Part shown: positions 1 to 11,518 of the stretch, piece by piece
Layout: every line of letters starts with the position of its first letter
Position numbering within the stretch: the stretch's first letter is position 1
Assembly (NCBI GenBank): GCA_965644295.1
Contig: CBFFRP010000027.1
Coordinates: 1 to 26,942, forward strand
Length of the DNA stretch: 26,942 nt
Source: Paraphysomonas bandaiensis
Taxonomy: Eukaryota; Protista; Chrysophyceae
Direction of reading: 5' to 3'
Notes under the pieces: generated by a model
The model's database searches: none
What the model saw: the letters and a program-made list of their open reading frames with translations, nothing else
Told to the model about the DNA's origin: nothing
Translations under genes and position numbers: made by a program

Positions 1-870
1 ACATAAACTCAATGATAATCTAGCTCTGTTGCAACGCAGTTCGAGAGAATATCAAGATAAGTTGAAGGCCAAACGTTTCAGTAAAGGCATATCTCCTCAG
101 CGACAGAATTGTGTATCAGCCGGGTGACTTTGTTTTATTTGACAAAGGGGCCAAGGTTTACCCTAAAATGTCTCATAGATACCTAGGACCATTTCAGGTT
201 ATATCGCAATATAAGAATGATATTGATCAGAAACATTTGGTGACCGGAGTTGTAACAAAAAGTAGATGTACGGGATGTAAAATTATATCCCGGAGACAGT
301 AAACAAGCCTATAAAATGGCTATGCGAGATCATGATCAGCATGAGATCGACACTATTTTATATTACACTGGAGACAGAGAACGGCGTTCAACAATGTTGC
401 TTACAGTACGTTTCAAGGATGGAGATATCAGAGAGCTACCTTACAGCCAGGATTTATTTGATTCCATAGCCTATGAGGAATTCTGTAGCAGCAAGCCTTA
501 TCTACATCATCTTATTTACACCACGGCGGGGCCGCCAACATATCAGTGAGAAGAGGAAGCAGTCAATAACTACGGTTCAACCGGGTGACGAGGTGTATGT
601 AGATATCAGAGTATTCGGAGATGACTGGTATGATGCCCTACAACTACCAGATTCGCCCACTGTTACATATGTGATGCAATTTATGCTCACTCACTGGTAT
701 CATAAAACCAGCAAGAAGCTAATTTCTGTCAAGAATCCCATGACCAAAGCCACATACAGATTTGATAACTACCATGTGAAATGTTTTGTACATCGCGACT
801 TGATCCGACAACTATGGTACTGATAGATTCCGACTTTGCGCTACGTTTTCCCCAAGTCCATCAACATTAA
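1..870 (+). pseudogene. Frameshifted 3' end of a Ty3/Gypsy (chromovirus-type) pol: integrase C-terminal GPY/F region, chromodomain and C-terminal extension; runs off the window start
   Basis: Joining frames gives ...YQPGDFVLFDKG..KMSHRYLGPFQVI (GPY/F motif), then HEIDTILYYTGDRERRSTMLLTVRFKDGD (chromodomain-like), then ...FALRFPQVHQH* with TAA at 868-870. About four frame switches (~110, ~260, ~535, ~800). A PPT and LTR follow. Confidence 0.8.
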
Positions 871-906
871 TTTTGACTTAGTTTTATACTGAGTTATATT
901 ATTATC

Positions 907-939
907 GAAAAAAAAAAAAAAAAAAGAGAGGGAAAAAGG
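907..939 (+). other. Polypurine tract (PPT) of the Gypsy element
   Basis: G-A18-GAGAGGGAAAAAGG is all purine, lies just after the pol stop and ends 3 nt before TGTAAC. Confidence 0.75.
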
Positions 940-942
940 TAG

Positions 943-1161
943 TGTAACCCTGGGGGTTTATATAGTAGCAAGTGTAGTAGTGAAATAGGGTATTCAACAA
1001 CAAGAAGAGAGTCAACAACAGAAGAAGGACAGCAAACAGTACAAGATAATTATTTACGAAGGAAGTGCAAACATCTAGCCACGAGTCACGGAATTACAAC
1101 AAGCCATTCACACTGAAGTGCATACTTGCGGCTACTCTAGGCAGTTATTAATATCACGACA
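943..1161 (+). mobile_element. 3' LTR of the Gypsy element (right end tentative)
   Basis: Starts TGTAAC right after the PPT. Best TGT...ACA end is CACGACA at 1161, with an alternative near GTTACC at ~1177. The 5' LTR is outside the window, so the end cannot be confirmed. Confidence 0.55.
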
Positions 1162-1703
1162 CTCAAAACACGTTACCCAGTATCTCTACTACTTGCAATA
1201 CACGTGAAGCCAGCCGACTGCACCTGTTGTTTTACGACGTAGAAGCAATAAGGGCAATGGAGAGAGACTTAGGTAGCATCAACGTGATGTACACACAATT
1301 CTCTCTGCATCATCCTCAGAACAGCATAAGAAAGGATCTTCAGATGTTGCTAGTACATCCTGAACATAAATGTCTCAAGTTAAGTGCAGAACTATGGATG
1401 TACACAGCCCAATACCTCTGTGAGCTGCATTTTCATGATGGTGCTCTGGATGTGGAGATGAGCAGGAGTTAGGACCATTCAAGAGCATACTATAGACGCT
1501 ATGCATGGTGATGCTGCTAAGCAGGCATAGTGGGTGGCTATTATGGCAAGCGTGTGGCTCGAGGTAATACCAAAGCCTGGTAAAGCAATTTCACCAGGTT
1601 TCATATATAAGTATTGAGTTATGTCAAGTGATAAGGTGCATGCCAAGATGCCAAGCTTGTGCCACTACGGGAGGAATAGGAATACAAAAAGCAAGATTAG
1701 TAG

Positions 1704-2326
1704 TGAATGTCTTATAATTAGCAATAATTATTGGCGTTTGAGAGTCAGAACAAATATGGAACTGAAATTTAACTAACTAGTGCTTAACTCTGATATCTTA
1801 CTATTTAACGCTACAAAAGTAGCTTGTGCACCATCATCACAAGCACCAAGGTGCAACCACTTTCGCTCTATCACTCAAAGCTAACGCAGTGCGAAAGCAT
1901 AATGTTAATATACCTGATATCTGCTAACTTAGGGTTTTTGATTCCTTTAGGCGAACTGCCCGAATGCTTGACTTCAGCAGGCAGCCCAATACCCGGATGC
2001 CCTTGAGGTTGTCCCAGTCCCGAATGCCTCTTTATCGTAAGGGCCCAAAGATGTCTACACAAGTGGCACTTATATTAGTGTCCCATGAGCCACACTAACC
2101 TTTGACTATATATGAGTGAGAAGAAAATTGTCTGCTGATTATATATGCGGCTCACGTTAGTTTCCCCGAGAACTCTCCTGTACTCATCCCCAGAACACCA
2201 CGAAAAGGTAGGAGTCCGACTTTGTTGAGGACAAAACAAGGTTAAGGTTTACGTGTATAGCAAGGTTAACTACAGTGTATTGTCCAATTCTAACATATTT
2301 TTTACTTTTAAGTATTAGTGTTGTCA
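1704..2326. mobile_element. Solo LTR (623 bp) with 5-bp target-site duplication
   Basis: TGA...TCA termini flanked by AGTAG (1699-1703) and AGTAG (2327-2331). The first ~240 bp are homologous to copies at 24487 and 24943. Confidence 0.75.
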
Positions 2327-2773
2327 AGTAGCTTATTTGAAAAAAATAAAACCGCATAATGTGAATTACAAGTGATTAATACGATAACAGTAAAAGATAA
2401 GAGAATCTAGCAAAAATAAGAGAAGAGTAAACGAACAATGAATGGCCGTGATGAGAAAAGATAGATGGACCAACATCAGACACCAGACAATCGTTGTAAC
2501 GTATTAACCGTATAAATACAGTACTAATGGTTGAATGATATACAACTACGATAGCTTTAATTTATTAATTAAAATATATGCCCTCATTCTTTGTGTGCAA
2601 ATGGTACAGTGTAGTAGTATCTACGTTTAACTCACGGTTAGGTAATGTAATAGCAGTATTATAAATAATCACGCAACTGTGAATGGCTTTTATATAGTTA
2701 TTATTAGGAGAACACAGTTTAGAGCTATACGGTAGAGTGTGACTACACGCATCGTGATACATTCAACGCTATG

Positions 2774-4782
2774 CTACAAGGCTTTCTTGTTCCTATTATT
2801 CGCTCTAGATGAGGAACGTTTAGTTGCTCTAGCTGAATCTAAAGTGACGTTCTGTCCGGAAGCTCTTAGTGCCGCGAGCTGTTGCTTCTGTGATGAAAAA
2901 CGTTAACCGATCAGTAAATATATATAGGTGTCTCACTGCAATTATACCTGCCGCTGCTGCTTCTCTGTCTTAACATCAAACATCATATGCTTCCACGCAG
3001 CGCAGTAGGCTTCAGTCTCTATAGCCTCCACAGGGGCCTCTGACGCATTGAAAGCCCTCCTGAAAAGGTCACGCAATGTCGACTCTGCTGTGTGCCACGT
3101 GTCATCAACAGCCAGGAGATGCGCAGCACGTGTTCTGTTATAATATTTATGCGGCGCTGTCTGATCTGCAAATTGTTCAGAGCTTCCTCGTGCGTGAATT
3201 CGCAACATTCTGTTCTGGGATATGAATGATTCACTCATGAACCGATTCAAATAATTGCACCCGAAATCCGCAGAGTGGTACAATCCCTCACTACTCTGAG
3301 GAGCAGGAGAGAGAAAGCGCGCACCTGTGCGTACACATGCCTCCTCTACTCCGGTAGGACTGGCCGCGCAATGCAGAGGCTGATCTTTCATATCGAAGGC
3401 GACTAATGTCATCCCTCTGTGCAGGAGGAATTTCATAACAGCCTGCATGTCTATCCCCTCGATCACTTGTCTGACTGCAGCCGGGAGTATACGCAGGGGG
3501 TTCATGCCTGGTACATCGAGCATGAGTGCTGTCACAGCCACAGCCATACGCAGAAGCGGCTGAGAAGTCGGACGAGATGCCATCGCGGATAAAACCAAGT
3601 GTAGTAGGTCCTCCACAGTAATGCTGCTTAAGTCATCAGAAAACTCGATACGATAACGTCCTGAGTCACTTGCAAGTTCAAGTACGGATGGGAATGGAAA
3701 TGTAGCAGAAGAATTCTTCCAGGAGGCAATGAAGTGGTGAAGAAACACCTTTGTCAAGAATAAAATGGCTAGTCAGTATGTACAGGACAATAGCATGGAC
3801 CAAATTACCTCAACTGAGTAATGCGTAGCCGTCTCTACACCAAAGGTTATATGAATGGATGGCGTTCCTTCTTCTTCTATGTCAGACAGTTCAGACGTAT
3901 TTGTGGTTGCTTCATGTACTACTCCTCGGGGAATGTAAGCCAGATCTCCAGCACTCAGCACGAACTCCTGCGGCTCAGCTGCCCCCTCTGTGTCAGAAGC
4001 TTCCAGAAATGTTTTGGGTGGTCGCTTGATGTGATCTGGGCGGGGAAAAGTTGCAAGAGGAGGATCATAAACAGTCCATTTCTTACGGCCAGCCACTTGT
4101 ACCACCAGTCCATCCATCCAGTCGTAGTGCGCCTCAAATCCCTGATTATCCACTCACCGAGATACATAATTCAATCACATCCACGAACCTGTGCGCCGTG
4201 AGGACTCATGTAAAGGTTTGCGTTGACCCGCCAGCCTAGCGCAGCTTCAAGCAACCAGGCCATATGATGAACCGGTGCCCACAATGACTGCACCTGGTAC
4301 AGTATTATGGTGAAACCACCTTTCGTGAATGCTTCTTGGGCTTCAGTGAGAGATACGTTGGACTTGCTGTACACGCCTGTCCACCACTCTCCATCTCTCC
4401 AAGTTCTCCTAACCATCTTCCAGTCAGTAAGATACTCTATTCTCTCTTGAGGATCCCTCTGACTGCGGCCACTTTGAATCATGAAGTCGACATTTTCGAT
4501 ATCCAGAAGAGAACCATAAAACTTGGGGTTCTGTCGTCTGGCTACGGCGGGCTGCTTCTGTAATATATCTACTAGGAACTGCTCCAGGCGTATAGGGCTG
4601 ACAAAGCTCTCCAGGAAAGTTATGGGCTCATCACGAGCATGCAGTGCATAGAGCTCTGTGCACGAAACACTGCTATGGTTAGCCTGATCGACACTAACAG
4701 ACTGAACTCTACACCTACATACACACAAACACCATAGCCATACAAATACACACAATGATGAACTCAATGACCACAGGCACAT
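2774..4782 (-). CDS. JmjC/cupin 2-oxoglutarate oxygenase of the ribosomal oxygenase (NO66/MINA53/YcfD) family; 4 exons: 4782(or 4836)-4189, 4141-3809, 3748-2948, 2887-2774
   Basis: Spliced sequence VNANLYMSPHGAQ|GFEAHYDWMDGLVVQVAGRKKW...VLSAGDLAYIPRGVVHEA...SIHITFG contains the HxD...H iron triad and the family's G-x-K-x-W motif. Phase-0 GT-AG introns at 4188-4142, 3808-3749 and 2947-2888 restore the frame. Start codon and last exon are less certain. Confidence 0.85.
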
Positions 4783-4857
4783 ATTCAAAGGCAATATAAG
4801 AATATGACCATTTGGAGACCAGAAACCCCATATCATACCTACCTAACTGTACACACG

Positions 4858-5393
4858 TACATACATACATACATACATACATACATACATACATACATAC
4901 ATACATACATACATACATACATACATACATACATACATACATACATACATACATACATACATACATACATACATACATACATACATACATACATACATAC
5001 ATACATACATACATACATACATACATACATACATACATACATACATACATACATACATACATACATACATACATACATACATACATACATACATACATAC
5101 ATACATACATACATACATACATACATACATACATACATACATACATACATACATACATACATACATACATACATACATACATACATACATACATACATAC
5201 ATACATACATACATACATACATACATACATACATACATACATACATACATACATACATACATACATACATACATACATACATACATACATACATACATAC
5301 ATACATACATACATACATACATACATACATACATACATACATACATACATACATACATACATACATACATACATACATACATACATACATACA
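4858..5393. repeat. Perfect (TACA)134 tetranucleotide microsatellite
   Basis: 536 bp of uninterrupted TACA units read directly. It produces the spurious MYVC/HTYI ORFs. Confidence 0.98.
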
Positions 5394-5529
5394 TAGTATA
5401 CAACACTACTGTACGTACTGTAGGTATACGGTATGAGAGGGATCTACGCAGACGCTTGTTGTGAGCAAAGATAAAGACGTCTTGGCTAGTTTGTACCCTA
5501 TCTGTCTGTACTCACAGCAAGTCCTGACA

Positions 5530-7667
5530 ATGGCAACTTCTGATAAATACGACAGGCAGCTTCGCCTCTGGGGAGCAGAGGGGCAGAAAGCTCTCATGAA
5601 CTCACATATTCTTCTGATCAATGCGGATGCTACTGGAACTGAATGCCTAAAGAATCTAGTTCTTCCTGGGTTAGGGCATTTTACTATCATTGATGAGGCC
5701 ATTGTACGAGATCAAGATGCATGCACCAATTTTTTTACCCCCGCTGCTGCAATCGGGAGGTCGCGAGCTGAGGTGGGCTCCCACTATTACTTCTTATCTA
5801 CTGGTAACATCTAATCCAGGTTGCTGCTGAATATTTATGCGAGATGAACCCAGATGTCAATGGTTTATTCAAAACTTCTACTGTAGAGAAGGAGTTAGAG
5901 TTAGATCCTAACTATCTAAAGACGTTTTTCCTTGTAGTTCTTTCTAATCCCACTCTGCCACAATGCCACCTCGTGTCGTCGAAGTGTTGGGACTTATCTA
6001 TTCCGCTTATAGTTGTGCGCTCTTATGGGTTTATTGGAACGTATCGCTTCCAGACCCGTGAGGAACACAACATCATTGAAGCTAGACCAGACGGAGACTT
6101 ACCTGATTTACGCCTACATGCCCCTTTCAGAGAGTTAGAGGTATGGTTCTCGTTACAACAACATTATGTGTAATGTAATCTAAAATTTTATGTTACAGGA
6201 ATTTTGCCATGGATTTGACCTCTCGTCTCAAGATTCCGTGGAGCACTCCCATACGCCGTATGTAGTCATTCTGATTCAAGCTTCGTGTAAATGGAAGAGC
6301 GAGGTGACTTTCTACACACATATGTTTTAGTTTCGCTATGTCACTATACCTCCGTTGTGTAGCACGGTGGAACAATGCCACGATCTTACGCCGAAAAAAA
6401 AGAGTTTAAGGCGTTGGTTGAAAGCATGCGGAGACCAGGGGCCATCGAGGAGCTTAACTATACAGAGGCAGTTGCGCATGCACATAGAGTGTTCTCAGAA
6501 TCCGCTATTCCTGATAACGTGCAAATGCTGCTGGCGGATACACCTGAGAATCTTTCTACGAATGCAACTGACTTCCGGTGCGTGAATTGTGTAGAATTTC
6601 TCACTGTGATCTTGGGTGGTATGCACCGCGAGGGCGAATGCATGTCTTGTTTTCACTAGTGTCTTTGGAACTGTTCTGATGAATCTGTTGACAAACTATC
6701 ATACAGAGTCCTACTCCATGCATTACGGACTTTTATCAGAGTACATGGTGAGGGACACCTCTGTCCACTTAAGGGTTCTATACCTGACATGACCTCAACA
6801 AACGAGAACTTTGTTGCTTTGCAAAAAATCTATATGCAGAAGGGCGAGGAAGACCGTGTCTCTTTTAGTCGCATAGTAGGGGACTCTTTAGAGGTATCGG
6901 AGCAGTGTGTTATACTTTTTCACCAAGTGATATAGTTTTCAGAGCATTCACAGACCCCGCAATTCAATATCCATGGATGTTATCGACTTATTTTGCAAGA
7001 ATATCTTCAATCTGCAGGCAGTAGTAACATCTGCTGTGAAGGACGCTTTCTACACACCGAATCGTAACAGTGTTCAAGAGGCTCTTTTGGACGCATACGA
7101 TGACCCTCTGCAGGTCTTACTTCCTCGTAAATATATCTTGCCGCTGTAACATGTATATAGACTCCATTACTCTTTCTGATGGCATTAGAAGCTGCAGATG
7201 AGTTCTATATCACCAATTGCCGTTATCCGGGTCAACTGGTCACTAATGACGATTCTTCTGATTCTGTTCAGGTGAGTAAATATGACGCGCTTGAGTTTCA
7301 TTAACCAATGGCGTACATAGCTAGAGACAGACTCTCGTGAGTTGTGGGAGATATTGGTACGAGTAGCACAGAGATATGGAGCTCCATTCTGTCAAGATAT
7401 GAATCCGGAGGAGCCTGCAGACACGAGGGCAATACTTACTCCAGCACATGCACAGGAGATTGCTAGATATGGTGCCGCAGAGCTCCACAACATTTCCTCT
7501 TTTATGGGAGGTTTAGCGTCACAGGTGATATGCCCGCCGTGGTTGCAGTGTTAAACTTACTGATGTTGCAGGAGGCAATTAAGATTCTCACTCACATGTA
7601 TGTACCACTCAACAATACGTTTGTTTTCAATGGAATTGCTGGATGCGGAGGCTGCTATGAATTGTAG
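5530..7667 (+). CDS. NAE1: NEDD8-activating enzyme E1 regulatory subunit (APP-BP1/ULA1/AXR1), multi-exon
   Basis: [22 protein letters not shown]...[20 protein letters not shown]; EMNPDV; [10 protein letters not shown]; [11 protein letters not shown]; [23 protein letters not shown]|[21 protein letters not shown]; stop TAG at 7665-7667. GT-AG introns include 5773-5819, 6141-6198 and 6304-6362. Confidence 0.95.
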
Positions 7668-8135
7668 TAGATGAATCGCAACACTTGAATAAACTTGACA
7701 GTCTGTCTTTAAAGAATTCACAACTGAATTATTTAAATAATTTGTCTTATTATTTACAATATGCATAATCTCCGCATTTCTTAGTAGAACAGTTGTATAT
7801 TCAGTAAATAAATAATAAATTACCTGTACGAATTAATACGATTGTGGTAGTCAACTCCTTCAGTACTTCTCTAAAATGAAAACAAGAAGAGGCAAAAAGG
7901 TACTGTAGTACAGATTACTCTCATACAGAAATTAAAAATATCTTTATTTATATTGTAATAATCCTTTTCGATTAGAAATACATAATAATTCATAGGTTTT
8001 AAAGCGTGTTCTTACACGGCAGCTGTCTAGTGACAACATTCTTGATATAATATAAAAATAATTCAGTCCATCGGCATTGTCTGTCGACGCATGCAAAAAC
8101 GCACTCGATTCTGCGCGATATACTAGCACCTGCTT

Positions 8136-8801
8136 TTAGTTTTCACCAAGGTACGCTTTAATACTCTTTGTCAAACCGATATCGGCTGGACATGCACCTG
8201 TCTTGTTTTTGATATCCTTCGTTGCCCCAGCATTCACAAGGAATTTGCACACATTCATAAAGCCGGTTCTGGCAGCGTAATGAAGAGGAGTATCCCCGTT
8301 GTCGTCTTGTGAATCAATCGCTGCGCCGTATTCTATCATCTTCTTCAGTACTTGTAGCTGGCCATATATGGCAGCCTTATGGAGAGGAGTAACTCCCGCT
8401 GCATTACGTAGGTTGATATCGGCACCATGTTCGACCAATGAGATGACGATATTCAGAACTCCACGAGCACACGCCCAGTGTGTGGGGCTGTCTCCGTTCT
8501 CATCGACTGCATTGACCTCAGCCCCGTTGTTAATCAGAAGCTTGATGAGCTTATCGTGAACTTTGTTACAAGCGTGGTGTAGGGGACGTAGACCAGCGAA
8601 CGAAGGCTTCTCCTGTGAACATCCTTCCTTGATAAGAAACTCAGCAACATCATAGTGACCATTCCTACAGGCCCATGCGAGAGGAGTGAAGCCGCGGTCA
8701 TCCTGATCATCAAGATTCACAGCCGCATCTTTCAATTGTTTCAATTCCTGTAGTTCACCATAACTGGCTAACTTCCAAGGGTCTACTGGCTCATTATCCA
8801 T
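8136..8801 (-). CDS. Ankyrin-repeat protein, 221 aa, ~6 repeats, no introns in the coding region
   Basis: Repeated G-x-T/S/R-P-L/T-H/A-x-A motifs at 33-aa spacing (GFTPLAWAC, GLRPLHHAC, GDSPTHWAC, GVTPLHKAA, GDTPLHYAA). Confidence 0.93.
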   Translation of the reverse strand: MDNEPVDPWKLASYGELQELKQLKDAAVNLDDQDDRGFTPLAWACRNGHYDVAEFLIKEGCSQEKPSFAGLRPLHHACNKVHDKLIKLLINNGAEVNAVDENGDSPTHWACARGVLNIVISLVEHGADINLRNAAGVTPLHKAAIYGQLQVLKKMIEYGAAIDSQDDNGDTPLHYAARTGFMNVCKFLVNAGATKDIKNKTGACPADIGLTKSIKAYLGEN

Positions 8802-9806
8802 CGTTGAGAGTGAGTTCAGTTGTGCCTGGTATATACCTCAAAATAATGTTGAATATGTGCTGTGTGCTGTGAGAGATCCGCCTAATTCACGTACTCCTGT
8901 TTCTGTGTGTAGTGGACTTCGAAGTCTCTTAACTGATTTTGGTCAACTTTCTTTTCTTGATATTGGTTGAAGTTGTGGATATATACAGTGCTGTAGTTTA
9001 CGTATACTTTGGATGCGAAAGTGTGTGTGTACGTGATATGGACATATCCAGTGCGTATACTGGTATACATATACCCTCATATTCAGGGCTTTGTCCCGAG
9101 TAACTATGAATGGAAAAGAGAGAGATAAGGTACGTCGTAATAGTTGCTCTCTGCTTAAAGAGCTTTACGGTATTTAGAAGGGGTCTATCAGTGAGTATGG
9201 TGAGGTGATCTTCACTAGTCGTCATGGACTAATACTGTAGATGACTCCTGTGCTGTGCTGTGTGTCAACATAGTAGGAGAGCTCCTCCTTCATTAGACTG
9301 AGCAAACTTATTCAGAGTTGACATAGATGGATACAGTAGAGGTGGATTTTGTTGTTGGGAAGTATCTCCCTAAAGTACTATTCAACATCAGTCTTGCCTG
9401 CTAGAAAAACCACCTTCTTACAACCACTCCACTCTAACTGGAAAACTCTAGTGGGATCGTAGCCATGCGCACAGTGGAATATGTTGACGCGGAGTGGCTA
9501 GATTTTCCAAGTAAATGAAATATATACACAATAATATAAAAGAAACTACTTCAAAATCAGTACATACTAGTGCATCATATTATTTGTCTGTGTATAAATG
9601 CTCAGTTTTTATTGTATATTAATTTAATTTTCTGAGTGTCACTATAGTGTTGTAGAAGCACAAGTAGTGCAACAAATATTTTTTATAAATTGCATGGATA
9701 CACTCTAACTACATCGTATGTAGTAAACTATTGCTATACGAATCCTCTTGGTCTTTACTCGATACTACCCACAACCTACAAATCAACAACGACAACAAGA
9801 GCTTGA

Positions 9807-9901
9807 TTTGGAGCTGATTAAAACAGATTGCAAAGAAGTGACTTTACATCGTTCACTTCTTTGGAGCTGATTAAAACAGATTTGGAGCTGATTAAAACAG
9901 A
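9807..9901. repeat. Three exact copies of a 21-bp unit with an intervening hairpin
   Basis: TTTGGAGCTGATTAAAACAGA at 9807-9827, 9860-9880 and 9881-9901. CAAAGAAGTGA (9831-9841) pairs with TCACTTCTTTG (9853-9863). Confidence 0.85.
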
Positions 9902-10515
9902 TTTACAGATTCCATATCGCTCATTTCAGTGACTCATGTATGCGATATCTGGCACTACAAAACGATTCATGTATGCCATATGTCTGTAACTTAACTTATT
10001 GACACACACTACATATACATTGTTTCTGAGTTGAACAATCTATATTCTCTTGTTATACCTTTGCACTTTTTCTTATACAATATTATAGTCTGGAAAAGGT
10101 TAGATTAGTGTTTTCTTGCCGCTATATACGACAAAGGACAAAGTGGTGCTGTGCGTCAGCATATTATCTATTATATTATCGATATGGAACGTATTTGTCT
10201 GATGCCGTATAATTTATGGATACTACACAAACTGAAATGTATGCTGGGGAAATACACATTTTAAGAAGTAATCAATATAAAACTACGTCGCTTACTTTAA
10301 AATAAGCACACATTACAATCGCTTAGAATCATATAATCAATACATTGCCTTAATGCTAGTATGACGAGAGCATAAAACATATATGTCCACACAATATATC
10401 AAATTAAAGTATGCTGAATACAGTGGAGACCGGCCACAGAGCGGCGACATTTCATGTGGACTGCATATCTGGGATTGTAATAATGAGATTTACCCTATTA
10501 CTCGGCTCTTAGCTC

Positions 10516-11518
10516 TTAATGGACTGATCTGATGGGAGAGGGAATTACAGCCGATTCCAGCACTTTGTCAATTGTTTGCCTCGCCAAAATCTCCTCTACA
10601 GACCTGTCAGGCCGCAACCCACACGCTTCTGCCGCCATACTACCCCCATCCTGATCAGTCTTCTCTTCATCATCAGAGCAATTTAAGAATTCTTCCCCCA
10701 AATTCGCCTTGACTGTCTCAAGAGACTGCGCAGTGTTTGTCTTAACAATTTGTGACCGACACACTGGGCACCAATTTTGCTGTCATGAACGTCATAATAG
10801 TATATTGGCAGAAAGTAAATGTTACATAAACGCACCAATTTTAGCCATCGCTGCATACACTCATTGTGAAAGCAGTGACTACAAGCCGGCATGAATACAA
10901 TCTCGTCCCCAATTTCCATGTCCTCCTGACATATCGCACATTCATTCTCTTCCAGGTTAATTTCATCGCTCATAATTAGCACTCGCAGTCGGCCCAGAGC
11001 CTCTTCAGTGGCTGGATGAAGCTTATATGGTCTAAAAATCAATTACACAAAAAATAAATAAACTGAAAAACACACGTGTTTTCCGCAGAGTGTGCCGCTA
11101 ATGTCTCCTCCAGGGCGGTGTTGAACATGGACTGGATGCTCACTCCTGACTGTCCAAAGTACAAAATATTAAATATCAGGTCGTCGTTGTCCATTCCAAG
11201 AGACATTGCTGACTGGGCGAAATGGGCTCGTAAGCTAGCCTCCTCTCTGTCATCTGGAGATGACTCGTTGCTTCCAGGATAAGAATGTGCGACCCCACCA
11301 TCACTGTAATGGCATATATGATGAAAGATTTGTAGTAAAGGTAATACTAACCTTCCTCTGTCAGGAGATAATCCACTATTCGATGATGCTAGGACGACAT
11401 TCAGTTGGACCGGAGGGGTTGATGTGTCCACAGCTTGAGAAAAACTCAATGTTGAGTTTCTCGATTGCTGGGTACTTGTTGTTCGCTGTTTCCTAATACG
11501 GCTGGCCCCAGAGCCCAT
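10516..11518 (-). CDS. RING-H2 (C3H2C3) E3 ubiquitin ligase with N-terminal MGSGAS myristoylation motif; exons 11518-11352, 11303-11076, 11031-10836, 10779-10516
   Basis: Spliced CAICQEDMEIGDEIVFMPACSHCFHNECMQRWLKL|QNWCPVCR is a complete RING-H2. GT-AG introns of 48, 44 and 56 nt keep the frame. Confidence 0.88.

Noticed and set aside
907-925. Poly(A) tail of a LINE or retrocopy
   Set aside because: It continues into a purine tract followed by TG after an integrase-chromodomain region, which fits an LTR-element PPT better.
1200-1600. ORF 1227-1472 and nearby coding-like sequence
   Set aside because: No ATG start and no recognisable domain, with stops beyond it. Probably a decayed fragment between two LTRs, but I cannot assign it.
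4715-5436. Five long ORFs of MYVC/HTYI repeats
   Set aside because: Artefact of the stop-free (TACA)n tract, which is open in all frames.
8980-9520. Possible small spliced gene on the + strand, divergent from the ankyrin gene
   Set aside because: Splice-like signals exist, but I could not assemble a stop-free, recognisable reading frame.
9807-9901. CRISPR-like repeat-spacer-repeat
   Set aside because: Only one spacer, repeats 2 and 3 abut, the hairpin is in the spacer rather than the repeat, there are no cas genes, and the context is eukaryotic.
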